This document shows, in pieces, positions 44,929 to 54,686 of a stretch of DNA of 64,000 nucleotides. The notes beneath the pieces are model-generated. The model was not told the origin of the DNA. It ran no database searches and was given only the letters and a program-made list of their open reading frames with translations. The stretch is from Tannerellaceae bacterium (GTDB lineage: Bacteria; Bacteroidota; Bacteroidia; Bacteroidales; Tannerellaceae). The stretch covers positions 1,790 through 65,789 of the forward strand of contig JAVBUE010000004.1 in the NCBI GenBank assembly GCA_031555735.1. The letters run 5' to 3'. Made by a program: the position numbers and the translations under genes. Positions within the stretch are counted from its first letter, which is position 1. Every line of letters starts with the position of its first letter.

Positions 44929-46095
44929 TTACTCCTGCGTCCCCAAGAAGTTCCGCAGGGGATTGGCATACATCTCCAGTATTTTCCGGCGAAGGAAAGT
45001 CTCGTCTTTTTCCGGAAGAACGATCTTGTCGAGTTGTCCCTGCAGGTAGGCGGTAAAATGTTTCTTTTCTTTCAGCCCGTACATGTTGCTGAAGCGTTTG
45101 GTGCCCGACAGCATGTCGTACGCGATGTAGTTGGATGGGTAAAAGCGGTAGTGTTTGTAAATCCCCGTATCGATCAGCGAGGCGATCGCGGCATATAATT
45201 CGGCTTTCTCCATCTCCGGATCAAGCTTTTCAAGCGTTTGGTTGATGGGGGAACCGATGGTAAAGTGCACGCGACCCTTATTGTTGAGGATGCCGGTCTC
45301 CATGCTCAGCAGGTCGTCGCGCTTGCTTTTCACAAAATCGGGATGATCCCTTTTCTGCTGGAACTCCTGCGCCTTGAGGAAGTCGCAGGGATCAAACTCG
45401 TACGTGATAGCGACGGGTACGATGTTGAGGCTCATCAGGTTGGTAAGGATATGCTTGCTGTCGCCACCCATATTGAGCATTTTGAGGATGCTGGACTGCG
45501 TCTTGTCGTCGGAGTCTTTCGCACGTCCTTCCCGCTGGGCGATCCAGATGGATTCTTTCGTTTGCTTGATGGTCTGGTGGATATATGCCGACAGTTCCAT
45601 GCTGGCTTCAAGCTGTTGGCGTCCGCTCACACTCCGCTTCACGATGAAGCTGTTGTTGAGACGTACCAATGTTTTGATCCACGGTTTCATCAACAGGTTG
45701 TCGCCAATGGCCACCTGTGTCATCCCGTACCCCACATCGTAAAGCATTACGTTCAGGAAGGCGGCGTCGAGCACGATATCTCTGTGGTTGGAGATAAAGG
45801 TGCAGGGTTCGTGGTTGGCCGGCAGCCTGCTGCGTCCCGATACCGTCAGCGAGAAGGTGGTACCCCGCGCGATCATCATTACCGCATCGTAAGCCAGTTT
45901 GGCTTTGAACTCTTCTTTTGTCCGGAAACTCCGCATCAAGGTGCAGAATTCGGTCCAGTCCAGGTTCGGATTGATATACCGGAAAGCGTCTTCCAGGTCT
46001 TTACTGGCCACCAGTTCTTCGATGGCATCCTTCACCTCGTCTGCGTTCAATGGTCGAATATCGTCAAAATTATACGTATCCATTCCTGTCTCCAT
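44929..46095 (-). CDS. PlsC-family acyltransferase (1-acyl-sn-glycerol-3-phosphate acyltransferase-like)
   Basis: 388 aa. HX4D motif FISNHRDIVLDAAF plus downstream ...IWIAQREGRAKD. The acceptor substrate cannot be read from the sequence. Confidence 0.75.
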   Translation of the reverse strand: METGMDTYNFDDIRPLNADEVKDAIEELVASKDLEDAFRYINPNLDWTEFCTLMRSFRTKEEFKAKLAYDAVMMIARGTTFSLTVSGRSRLPANHEPCTFISNHRDIVLDAAFLNVMLYDVGYGMTQVAIGDNLLMKPWIKTLVRLNNSFIVKRSVSGRQQLEASMELSAYIHQTIKQTKESIWIAQREGRAKDSDDKTQSSILKMLNMGGDSKHILTNLMSLNIVPVAITYEFDPCDFLKAQEFQQKRDHPDFVKSKRDDLLSMETGILNNKGRVHFTIGSPINQTLEKLDPEMEKAELYAAIASLIDTGIYKHYRFYPSNYIAYDMLSGTKRFSNMYGLKEKKHFTAYLQGQLDKIVLPEKDETFLRRKILEMYANPLRNFLGTQE

Positions 46096-46101
46096 TATAA
46101 A

Positions 46102-47076
46102 TCAATTAAACTCGTTTTCAATAATATCAGTCATCACATCCCGGATATCCAGTCCGGCGGCCCGCACCTGTTGCGGGATAAAACTGGTAGTGGTCATACC
46201 AGGGGTAGTGTTTACTTCCAACAGGCGGGGTTCTCCGTCCTCCGGGATGATATAATCCACACGGATAATCCCTTTAGCGCCCAGTAAATCGTATATCCGG
46301 GAGGTACGGCGTTGGATCTTCTCCGTCAGTGCGGAGGAAATACGCGCCGGTGTGATCTCGTCCACCTGCCCGTTATACTTGGCATCGTAATCAAAAAATT
46401 CGTTCGATGTAACTACTTCGGTAATGGGGAAAACCACTTCTTTTCCTTTCACCTTGTAGCAGCCGCAGGTCACTTCCGTACCCCGGATATAGCTCTCCAG
46501 GATCACTTCGCTACCTTCGGCAAACGCCTTGGCGATCGCCGGCTGAATATCCGAAGCGTCTTTCACCTTCGTCACGCCGAAGCTGCTCCCGCCATCATTG
46601 GGTTTGACGAATACGGGCAGGCCGAGGCGGTCGGTCACTTCCCGGTCGGTCACCGTCTGCCCGCTGAACAGCCGGATCGAACTGGCCACCGGGATATCGA
46701 AGATCCGGAGGTAATTATTGCATACATATTTATTAAAGGTGAGGGCGCTCACCAACACGCCGCAGGAGGAATACGGAATACCCAGCAGCTCCAGATAACC
46801 TTGCAACAGCCCGTTTTCACCGGGTGTGCCATGTATGGTGATATAGGCAAAGTCGCACCGGCGATGATGCCCTTCTTCCCGGAAACTAAAGTCGTTCTTA
46901 TCGATCGGGACCATTCCTTCCGGCAAACGGACCATCCACTCGCCTTTCTTCAACAAAGCGATATACAGGTTGTACCGCTCTTTGTCGATGAACGAATAGA
47001 TCCCTTCCGCACTCCTGAGCGAAACAACGACCTCGGAGGAATCGCCTCCGGCTATGATCCACACATTCTTTTTCAT
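46102..47076 (-). CDS. ddl: D-alanine--D-alanine ligase
   Basis: 324 aa. IHGTPGENGLLQGYLELLGIPYS, VFVKPNDGGSSFGV, LLEVNTTPGMT. Confidence 0.95.
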   Translation of the reverse strand: MKKNVWIIAGGDSSEVVVSLRSAEGIYSFIDKERYNLYIALLKKGEWMVRLPEGMVPIDKNDFSFREEGHHRRCDFAYITIHGTPGENGLLQGYLELLGIPYSSCGVLVSALTFNKYVCNNYLRIFDIPVASSIRLFSGQTVTDREVTDRLGLPVFVKPNDGGSSFGVTKVKDASDIQPAIAKAFAEGSEVILESYIRGTEVTCGCYKVKGKEVVFPITEVVTSNEFFDYDAKYNGQVDEITPARISSALTEKIQRRTSRIYDLLGAKGIIRVDYIIPEDGEPRLLEVNTTPGMTTTSFIPQQVRAAGLDIRDVMTDIIENEFN

Positions 47077-48200
47077 ATCAACAGTTCTTTCGAATTGGCA
47101 TAGTTACGCCATTTATCTATCAATTGTTCCATATCGGAAGGAATCTCAGAGGTAAAAAACATTTCTTCGCCCGTCACCGGATGCACGAATCCCAGTGTCT
47201 GGGCATGCAATGCCTGACGGGGACAAACGGAAAAGCAGTTTTGCACGAATTGTTTGTATTTGGCGAAGGTGGTTCCTTTCAGTATCTCATTGCCTCCGTA
47301 GCGGGAGTCGTTGAAGAGGATATGGCCGATATAACGCATATGGACACGTATCTGGTGGGTACGTCCTGTCTCCAGCCTGCATTGCACGAGGGATACATAG
47401 CCCAGCCGTTCCAATACCTTGTAATGGGTCACCGCAGGTTTCCCCTGGTCGCCTTCGGAAAATACTTTCATCTGCATGCGGTCGCGGGGATCCCGGCCGA
47501 TATTGCCTTCTATCCGTCCTTCATTCTCCTGAACGATGCCCCATACCAGGGCTACATACTGGCGACGGGTGGTTTTATGGAAGAACTGGAGGCTGAGGTG
47601 AGACTTCGCCTGCGGACGCTTGGCGATGACGAGCAACCCGGAAGTGTCTTTATCGATCCGGTGAACCAGACCCACGTTGATATCCATCGGATCAAATAAG
47701 GGATCGTCTTTCAGGTAGTAAGCGAGGGCGTTGACCAGCGTACCGGAGTAATTCCCGTGTCCGGGATGTACTACCAGGCCTGCCGGTTTGTTGATCACCA
47801 TCAGGTATTCGTCTTCATATACTACATTGAGGGGGATATTTTCGGGCAGGATCTCTACTTCGCGGCGGGGACGATCCATCACTACCGAGATCACATCCTG
47901 GGGTTTGACCCGGTAGTTGCTTTTGACTGACTTATCGTTGACAAGGATGCAGCCGGCTTCAGCGGCTAGCTGGATCCGGTTACGGGTGATCCCCATGATC
48001 CGGTCGGTCAGGAACTTATCCACACGGATAAGCGTCTGCCCCTTGTCGGCGACGAAGCGGTAGTGCTCATACATCGGGGAGGATCCGGCTTCTTCTGCCG
48101 GCTGCAACAGTTCGTCGCCTAACTGCTCTCCGTCCAACTGATCGTCGTCCAACTGATCGTCGTCTATTTCTTCATCAAACGTTTTCATGGCTAAAACCAT
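47073..48200 (-). CDS. rluD: RluA-family 23S rRNA pseudouridine synthase (RluD-like) with an acidic repeat N-terminus
   Basis: S4 domain (RVDKFLTDRIMGITRNRIQ), catalytic HRIDKDTSGLLVIAK, GRTHQIRVH. An alternative ATG at 48188 avoids overlap with the PASTA gene. Confidence 0.9.
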   Translation of the reverse strand: MVLAMKTFDEEIDDDQLDDDQLDGEQLGDELLQPAEEAGSSPMYEHYRFVADKGQTLIRVDKFLTDRIMGITRNRIQLAAEAGCILVNDKSVKSNYRVKPQDVISVVMDRPRREVEILPENIPLNVVYEDEYLMVINKPAGLVVHPGHGNYSGTLVNALAYYLKDDPLFDPMDINVGLVHRIDKDTSGLLVIAKRPQAKSHLSLQFFHKTTRRQYVALVWGIVQENEGRIEGNIGRDPRDRMQMKVFSEGDQGKPAVTHYKVLERLGYVSLVQCRLETGRTHQIRVHMRYIGHILFNDSRYGGNEILKGTTFAKYKQFVQNCFSVCPRQALHAQTLGFVHPVTGEEMFFTSEIPSDMEQLIDKWRNYANSKELLI

Positions 48201-48820
48201 TTTTCATCCTCACTGTCCAATTGCTCAACAGGAGGATTGTCTATATTCAGGGAGTCGGGTTCGGCTTCACCGCTGCTGATGATTAATGTCAGACGGGAGG
48301 AGAGTGGTATCTGCTGTCCGGGATGAAGCGTATTGCCGTTCATTTTCACGGCTACCACCAGGTCTTTATAATCACCCGCCACATATTCGGTATCTACCGT
48401 AACGAAGCCGATGGATTTCAGCAAGGCATAAGCCTGGCGGAATGAATGGTCTTCCACATCGGGCACGACACCCATCTGGGCGGTAGTGGCATTGATGGTC
48501 ACAAACAGGATTCGTCCTTCCTTCACCTTTGTGCTGATTGCCGGAACCACTTCCACGACAGTTCCCGGCTTCACGTTCTTGGAGAAGACCGAGTCGATTA
48601 CATTATACCTCAGATTATTGTTTTCAAACAGGACAGCCGCTTCCTCCACGGGAAGACCTTTCACATCAGGAACGACGATCGCCCGGTTGTGTTGCGTGTA
48701 TGAATCCAGCCAGTGCAAAACACCATACAACAAGACGATACATACCGCTGCTGCCAGTATCAGATTCATTACGATTGGGTTCTTAAACAGTCTCATAGTT
48801 TCTTCTTTATTTTCCACCAT
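48191..48820 (-). CDS. stand-alone PASTA-domain membrane protein
   Basis: 209 aa. One TM helix (IVMNLILAAAVCIVLLYGV), then two to three PASTA-like units (VVPDVKGLPVEEA..., VPDVEDHSFRQAYALLKSIGF). No kinase or PBP domain. Confidence 0.75.
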   Translation of the reverse strand: MVENKEETMRLFKNPIVMNLILAAAVCIVLLYGVLHWLDSYTQHNRAIVVPDVKGLPVEEAAVLFENNNLRYNVIDSVFSKNVKPGTVVEVVPAISTKVKEGRILFVTINATTAQMGVVPDVEDHSFRQAYALLKSIGFVTVDTEYVAGDYKDLVVAVKMNGNTLHPGQQIPLSSRLTLIISSGEAEPDSLNIDNPPVEQLDSEDEKWF

Positions 48821-48836
48821 TAACGCGTATCCGACT

Positions 48837-48844
48837 CAAAAATA
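48837..48844 (-). promoter_or_regulatory. -7 box TAttTTTG (minus) for the PASTA-rluD-ddl operon
   Basis: + strand CAAAAATA, 17 nt upstream of the ATG at 48820. Confidence 0.4.
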
Positions 48845-48847
48845 GGG

Positions 48848-48883
48848 AAAAAGCCTTAAAAACAAAGAAAGTAAAGGCTTTTT
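48848..48883 (-). terminator. hairpin after rpmH (symmetrical A/T-flanked, potentially bidirectional)
   Basis: AAAAAGCCTT (48848-48857) is perfectly complementary to AAGGCTTTTT (48874-48883). The GC core is only 6 bp, with a 16-nt loop. Confidence 0.45.
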
Positions 48884-48931
48884 AGCAAAACCTCTACTTC
48901 CTTTATTAATTCTTAATCAAATCCGGACCGA

Positions 48932-49084
48932 TTATCCGTTGTATTCGTCGGATACGGTTAACTTGGCTCTGCCTTTCGCACGACGTGATGCCAATACTCT
49001 GCGACCATTAGCGGTAGCCATTCTGGAACGAAAGCCATGTTTGTTTTTCCTTTTCCGGTTGGAAGGTTGAAATGTTCTTTTCAT
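48932..49084 (-). CDS. rpmH: 50S ribosomal protein L34
   Basis: Not in the ORF track (50 aa). Reverse complement reads [50 protein letters not shown], the canonical L34 sequence. Confidence 0.97.
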   Translation of the reverse strand: MKRTFQPSNRKRKNKHGFRSRMATANGRRVLASRRAKGRAKLTVSDEYNG

Positions 49085-49127
49085 TTTATCTATTTTTTAT
49101 TATTCTTTTCAGACTGTAATCGGGCTG

Positions 49128-49135
49128 CAAAGATA
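49128..49135 (-). promoter_or_regulatory. -7 box TAtcTTTG (minus) for rpmH
   Basis: + strand CAAAGATA, 44 nt upstream of the ATG at 49084. Confidence 0.45.
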
Positions 49136-49166
49136 TAGCCTTTTTTTTATATACAAAAGAAATCAA

Positions 49167-50132
49167 TCAGAAAATTCCACCTTTATACAGATCGTTGAAG
49201 TTGGAGTGCTGCCCGTTTACCCGTTGAGCCTCTTCTCCTTCCGGATTCAGCTCGATGGATTTCTTCAGATCTTCGAAGGCGCCCTCTTTGTCGCCCGCCC
49301 CGTTTTTAGCCCGTCCGCGTTCGGCATAGGCTTTGGCAAACTGGGGATCCGTCTCGATCACTTCGTTGAAGTGCTCAATGGCTTCTTCGTATTTACCTTG
49401 GGCGATCAGGAGTTTCCCGGCCAGTAGCCAGGCCTCTTCATTGAAGGGGTTGAGGTGGATGACCGTCTGGTAATCTCCGGTAGCGGCCTCCCTATCGCCA
49501 AGCTGTTCATGAATACGCCCCCGGAGCAGGAAAGCGGCTTCTTCTTCCGGCAACAGTTCGAGCACCTTAGCCACATCAGCCAACGCTTCTTTCCCCTGCT
49601 TCATATCAAGCAGCAGCTCGGCGCGCAGCAGCCAGGCATCCGCAAAATCATCTTTCAGGGAGGCGGCTTTGGTCAGATCCGCGATGGCTCCGAGCTGGTC
49701 GCCCTTCGCCCGTTTGGCTTTGGCCATCAGGAGGTAGGCGATCGGATTTTCAGGCTCCAACGTCAACACATGCAGGCAGTCGGCTATGGCTTCACTGTCG
49801 CGGTCGAGATGGAACAGGATGTTGATACGGGCGAAGCGGGTTGGGATATGTTCGGGCTCCAATTCCACCATACGATCCAGAATGTCCAACGCGCTGTCCA
49901 TCTCCTGCGAAACGGAATAGGCCGTCATCAGGTAGTTCATCGTTTCGAAATCTTCCTGTATGTTCAGTGCCTCTGTAAAACAGGTGATGGCATACGGTGT
50001 ACGCCCGAGTTTCTGGGCCCGGATACCGTCGTATTTCAGGATATCGAAGTTCTTCAGTTCGCTCTTTTGCCTGTCTTCCTCGGTCTCTACTTTCTTGCCG
50101 GAGCCGAACAGGGATGTCAGAAAATTCTTCAT
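49167..50132 (-). CDS. cytoplasmic tetratricopeptide-repeat protein
   Basis: 321 aa. No signal peptide; about 7 TPR units (e.g. AWLLRAELLLDMKQGKEALADVAKVLELLPEE). Confidence 0.8.
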   Translation of the reverse strand: MKNFLTSLFGSGKKVETEEDRQKSELKNFDILKYDGIRAQKLGRTPYAITCFTEALNIQEDFETMNYLMTAYSVSQEMDSALDILDRMVELEPEHIPTRFARINILFHLDRDSEAIADCLHVLTLEPENPIAYLLMAKAKRAKGDQLGAIADLTKAASLKDDFADAWLLRAELLLDMKQGKEALADVAKVLELLPEEEAAFLLRGRIHEQLGDREAATGDYQTVIHLNPFNEEAWLLAGKLLIAQGKYEEAIEHFNEVIETDPQFAKAYAERGRAKNGAGDKEGAFEDLKKSIELNPEGEEAQRVNGQHSNFNDLYKGGIF

Positions 50133-50268
50133 GTTCTTTTATTTACCGCGCAAAAATAGAAAAAATCATCATATTCTTGCACGCAAATAGCTATAATGCA
50201 AAAATATTTAGTTTAATTTGTGAGGTTATTGATCATGGAATAGTTCCTTGGTTTAAAAGTCGATTGAT

Positions 50269-52227
50269 ATGAAAGACACTCCAGAAGCCAACTTACCGGA
50301 AGTTGAAGGTCAGTTGGAAGAAACTAAAGCCCCTGTTGAGCAGGTGGAAATTGGTACGGTGAACGCCGAAGCAGAAAAAATGCCGGAGGAAACCCCGGTG
50401 GTGTTGGAAACAAGCGAAGCCCTTTCGGAAGAAAAGGCAGCTGCCAATCCGGATGACCCGGAGGGCGAAACAGTTGCCGGCACGGACACTCCGGCGGACG
50501 ATGATCTTGTTAATACATCCAAACTGTCTAAAAAAGAAATCGTTGACCGGCTTACCCATCTGGTGGAAACATCGGCAGAAGGAGTAAAAGGCGAAGTGGA
50601 ATCACTCAAGCAGGCCTATTATAAGATTCGTCACCATGAATTAGACGAACTGAAAGACAACTTCATCGCTACAGGTGGAGAGGAAGAGGCTTTTGTGGCG
50701 CCGGAAGATGAAACCGAAAACATCCTCAAAGAACTGCTTGCCGTTCATAAGGAAAAGAAAGCGGCGGCCTATGCGGAGCTCGAACGGGTGAAACAGGCCA
50801 ATTACGCCCTTAAACTGCAACTGATCGACCAACTCAAAACATTGACGGAGAGCCAGGACGATTTCAATAAACTGTACAACGAGTTTAAAGATATACAGAT
50901 CCGCTGGAAAGAAGTCAAACCCGTTCCCCAGGAATTTGCGAACGAGCTCTGGAAGAACTATCAGACCTATACCGAGAAGTTCTACGATATCATTAAGATA
51001 AACAACCAGTTCCGCGATTACGATTTCAAGAAGAACCTGGAACTGAAGAACATCCTTTGCGAAACAGTGGAAAAACTGCAGGAAGAAACGGATATCATCT
51101 CCGCTTTCCACCAGTTGCAGAAACTGCATCAGCAATGGCGCGAGATAGGTCCGGTGGCCAAGGATGTGCGTGAAGAAGTATGGGGACGGTTCAAAGCGGC
51201 TTCTACCGTGATCAACCGGAAACATCAGGATCATTTCGAGAAACTGAAATCCAGGGAACAGGATAACCTGGATGCGAAAACGGCTATTTGCGAAGAGATT
51301 GAAGCGATCGATTACGAAGCCTTGAAGTCCGTTAGGGATTGGGATGTCAAGAACCGCGAAGTGATAGCGCTCCAGGACAAATGGAAAACCATCGGCTTCG
51401 CGCCCAAGAAGTTCAATGTAAAGATATTCGAACGTTTCCGCGCCGCCTGTGACATCTTCTTCCAGAAAAAGAGCGAGTTCTATAAAAATGCCAAAGTGGG
51501 CATGGAGGCCAACCTCGACCTGAAGAAAGCCCTGTGTGAAAAAGCGGAGGCATTGAAAGACAGCACCGAATGGAAGGAAACGACAGATAAGATGATCGCC
51601 CTCCAGAAAGAATGGAAAAAGATCGGGCCGGTTGCCCGCAAACATTCTGACGCCATCTGGAAACGCTTCATTGCCGCCTGCGACTTCTTCTTCGAGCAGA
51701 AAAACAAAAATACGTCGTCGCAAAAGAGTGTCGAGCAGACGAATCTGACTGCCAAGCGTGTATTGATCGATAAGATCAAGGCATTGGAAACGGTTGCGGA
51801 TGCCGAAGAAGCGATGTCCTCATTGAAAGAGTTTATGGCTGAATGGGGATCCATCGGTTTTGTACCCTTCAAGGAGAAAGATAAAATATACAAGGAATAC
51901 CATGAAGTGGTGGACAAGTTGTATGATCGCCTCAAAGTGGACAAGAACGACCGGAAGATGCAATCTTTCCGCAGCAACCTGTCGGACATTACGCATGGCG
52001 AACATGGCAAAGGCCGCCTGTATAGTGAACGGGAAAAACTGATGCGTGCCTACGAACGGATGAAAGGCGAGTTGCAGACCTATGAAAACAATATCGGCTT
52101 CCTCAGCGTATCGTCCAAAGGCGGTGGCGGTCTGGTGAAAGAAATGGAACGCAAGATCGAAAAGCTGAAAGAAGACATGGCCTTGATCATCCAGAAAATC
52201 GACGCCATCGACGAGAATATCGAATAA
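50269..52227 (+). CDS. DUF349 repeat protein
   Basis: 652 aa. Acidic N-terminus, then repeated ~75-aa units with W(K/R)xIGPV...W.RF..A.D.FF (WREIGPVAKDVREEVWGRF, WKTIGFAPKKFNVKIFERFRAACDIFF, WKKIGPVARKHSDAIWKRFIAACDFFF). Confidence 0.85.
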   Translation: MKDTPEANLPEVEGQLEETKAPVEQVEIGTVNAEAEKMPEETPVVLETSEALSEEKAAANPDDPEGETVAGTDTPADDDLVNTSKLSKKEIVDRLTHLVETSAEGVKGEVESLKQAYYKIRHHELDELKDNFIATGGEEEAFVAPEDETENILKELLAVHKEKKAAAYAELERVKQANYALKLQLIDQLKTLTESQDDFNKLYNEFKDIQIRWKEVKPVPQEFANELWKNYQTYTEKFYDIIKINNQFRDYDFKKNLELKNILCETVEKLQEETDIISAFHQLQKLHQQWREIGPVAKDVREEVWGRFKAASTVINRKHQDHFEKLKSREQDNLDAKTAICEEIEAIDYEALKSVRDWDVKNREVIALQDKWKTIGFAPKKFNVKIFERFRAACDIFFQKKSEFYKNAKVGMEANLDLKKALCEKAEALKDSTEWKETTDKMIALQKEWKKIGPVARKHSDAIWKRFIAACDFFFEQKNKNTSSQKSVEQTNLTAKRVLIDKIKALETVADAEEAMSSLKEFMAEWGSIGFVPFKEKDKIYKEYHEVVDKLYDRLKVDKNDRKMQSFRSNLSDITHGEHGKGRLYSEREKLMRAYERMKGELQTYENNIGFLSVSSKGGGGLVKEMERKIEKLKEDMALIIQKIDAIDENIE

Positions 52228-52248
52228 ATCAACCCATCTCCAGACAAA

Positions 52249-52281
52249 GCCGTCTTTCCCGAAAGGCGGCTTTGTTTATTT
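52249..52281 (+). terminator. intrinsic terminator after the DUF349 gene
   Basis: GCCGTCTT (52249-52256) pairs with AAGGCGGC (52263-52270) over 8 bp incl. one G-U, with a 6-nt loop, then TTTGTTTATTT. Confidence 0.6.
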
Positions 52282-52286
52282 ATAGC

Positions 52287-53483
52287 ATGCAGATCCCACG
52301 TATCCATCTCTTCAATCCCGGGCATGAATCGGCCATATTGTCGGGCAGCGAATCCTATACCCCACCCCGGAATGTACGGAAAATGCAGGAAGACCTGGCG
52401 TTGCTCCCGTTGTGGTATGCCGGGGCGGGAGATTATACCTGGACAGGACGGGCGGATTGTTCGGCTTTCCGTGCTTCCCTGCCGGAAGAGATACGGCCGG
52501 ACGTGATCCCGATCACGACCGGAAACATACCTGTCCGGCCATTGCAGGCATCTCCTTGGGGATTATCCCCGCAAAGCATCCGCTTGTTCAGGGAGTTAAA
52601 CAGAAAGCATGGGACGATGCTCCTTCTTCCGGAATGGAAAGAGGAGTATGTATCGCTGACCGGACGACAGACGGCGGCTGTCTGCCTACAGCACATGCGG
52701 GAACGACTCCCCGGGTGGACAGTACCGGAAGTCCCCGTTTTCTGTCGCACTCCCGAGGAAGTAGAAGCGTGTTTGTTTGCCTATACAGGCGCCACCTTGC
52801 TGAAAACCCCCTTTTCTTCTTCCGGCCGTGGCTTATTATGGATCAGAGAGAACAGGCTTACGGCGAAAGACCGGGAATGGATCCGCGGAGCCATCCAAAA
52901 ACAAGGCGTAGTCAGCATCGAGCAGGGATTGGAGAAAATACAGGATTTCGCAATGGAATTCCACCTGGATGCTGACGGGCAGGTCGCCTACAAAGGCCTG
53001 TCGGTTTTCGGCACAGCGGAAAAAGGAGCCTATACCGGTAACCGGATCGAACATCCGGACCGGATGTTGGAACGGTTGGTCGGAGTGTCCGGCATCCCTG
53101 CCTATGAACAGATACGTACGGTAGCAGAGGAGGTGATCCGTGAGATATTCGGCAGAATCTACACCGGATACCTGGGGATCGATATGATGACATACCTTAC
53201 CTCTGCCGGAGAAGTAGCGATCCATCCCTGTATCGAGATCAACCTGAGATATACCATGGGGCTGGTTGCCCTTCGTTTATACCGGCAGTATATGCATCCG
53301 GAAGCCCTCGGTTCTTTTTCTATTTCCTATGACACAGACGCCCTTCATATCCACAGGCAGATGCAGGAACAATACCCGCCCGTGTTCCGGGACGGCCGGA
53401 TGCTCAGCGGGTATCAAACACTATGCCCTGTAACGGCCGAAACACATTACAGGGCATTTGTCTATCTGGAAGAAAAAAAGTAA
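52287..53483 (+). CDS. conserved hypothetical protein with ATP-grasp-like C-terminal half
   Basis: The track start at 52272 is TTG; the ATG at 52287 gives MQIPRIHLFNPGHE. LLKTPFSSSGRGLLWI, IEQGLEKIQDFAMEF and YLGIDMM...HPCIEINLRYTMG resemble ATP-grasp motifs. This is a weak, motif-level call. Confidence 0.5.
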   Translation: MQIPRIHLFNPGHESAILSGSESYTPPRNVRKMQEDLALLPLWYAGAGDYTWTGRADCSAFRASLPEEIRPDVIPITTGNIPVRPLQASPWGLSPQSIRLFRELNRKHGTMLLLPEWKEEYVSLTGRQTAAVCLQHMRERLPGWTVPEVPVFCRTPEEVEACLFAYTGATLLKTPFSSSGRGLLWIRENRLTAKDREWIRGAIQKQGVVSIEQGLEKIQDFAMEFHLDADGQVAYKGLSVFGTAEKGAYTGNRIEHPDRMLERLVGVSGIPAYEQIRTVAEEVIREIFGRIYTGYLGIDMMTYLTSAGEVAIHPCIEINLRYTMGLVALRLYRQYMHPEALGSFSISYDTDALHIHRQMQEQYPPVFRDGRMLSGYQTLCPVTAETHYRAFVYLEEKK

Positions 53484-53493
53484 AACGGTTCAC

Positions 53494-54663
53494 TTATTCC
53501 ATCGACCGGGCAATCCCCATCTCCAGTCCACGCAGTTCGGCCAGTCCCCGCAGGCGGCCGATACAGGAATACCCCGGATTGGTTTTTTTCTTCAGGTCGT
53601 CGATCATCTGATGACCGTGATCCGGACGCATCACGATGCTCCGCTGGTATTTCTGCTCCACGTCGAGCAACGCCTTCATGACCCCATACATATCCACATC
53701 GCCTTCCAGGTGGTTGGCTTCATAGAAATTGCCATCGGCATCACTCTGCGTACTGCGGAAATGGACGAAGAAGATCCGTTCGCCCCAACGGGTGATCATA
53801 CCCGCCAGGTCGTTATCCGCCCGGACACCGTATGAACCGGTACACAGGCACAGCCCATTGCTTTTATTGGGTACGGCTTCCACCAGTTTACGGAAATCAT
53901 CTTCAGTGCTCAGGATACGGGGCAATCCAAGGATAGGATAAGGCGGATCATCCGGATGGATAACCAGGATTACGCCTGCCTCATCGGCCACAGGAGCCAC
54001 TTCCTGCAGGAAATAGATCAGGTTGGCCCGCAACTTATCGGCGTCGATCGCTTTGTAACGCTCCAGGGCTTCGCGGAACTGCTCCACGGTGAAACTTTCT
54101 TCCGATCCGGGAAGGCCGGCGATCATGTTACGGGTCAGCAACCGGCGTTCGTCATCCGTCATCTGTTCGTAGCGGGCTTTGGCTTTGGCCTTTTCCGCTT
54201 CGGTATATTCGGTTATGGCTGCAGGACGTTGCAAGATGAAGAGGTCGAAAGCCATAAACGCGGCTCGCTCAAAACGAAGGGCTTTCGATCCGTCGGGCAT
54301 CTCGTATGCAAGATCCGTTCGCGTCCAGTCCAATACAGGCATAAAGTTGTAGGTCACCACCTCAATACCGCACTTGCCCAGGTTACGCAGGCTTTCCTTG
54401 TAGTTGTTGATATACAGTTGGAAGTTGCCCGTCTGCGTTTTGATATGCTCATGTACCGGCACACTTTCCACGGCCGACCAGCGCAGCCCGTAGGCTTCCA
54501 CTTCCGCTTTGCGTTTCATGATCTCTTCTACCGTCCATATTTCCCCGTTGGGGATGTGGTGTAAAGCGGTTACGATCCCTTTGGCTCCTGCCTGACAGAT
54601 ATCGGCGAGGGCGACAGGATCATTCGGCCCGTACCAACGCCAGGATTGTTCACATAAATACAT
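53494..54663 (-). CDS. uxuA: mannonate dehydratase
   Basis: 389 aa. [42 protein letters not shown] is the UxuA N-terminal signature. Confidence 0.93.
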   Translation of the reverse strand: MYLCEQSWRWYGPNDPVALADICQAGAKGIVTALHHIPNGEIWTVEEIMKRKAEVEAYGLRWSAVESVPVHEHIKTQTGNFQLYINNYKESLRNLGKCGIEVVTYNFMPVLDWTRTDLAYEMPDGSKALRFERAAFMAFDLFILQRPAAITEYTEAEKAKAKARYEQMTDDERRLLTRNMIAGLPGSEESFTVEQFREALERYKAIDADKLRANLIYFLQEVAPVADEAGVILVIHPDDPPYPILGLPRILSTEDDFRKLVEAVPNKSNGLCLCTGSYGVRADNDLAGMITRWGERIFFVHFRSTQSDADGNFYEANHLEGDVDMYGVMKALLDVEQKYQRSIVMRPDHGHQMIDDLKKKTNPGYSCIGRLRGLAELRGLEMGIARSME

Positions 54664-54686
54664 ATTCGTTTTGTTTATTGTTCCTA

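Noticed and set aside
48821-49166. Replication origin near rpmH
   Set aside because: rpmH often neighbours dnaA/oriC in other phyla. Here there is no dnaA, no rnpA and no cluster of TTATCCACA-type DnaA boxes. The GTGGAA-core repeats are not DnaA boxes.
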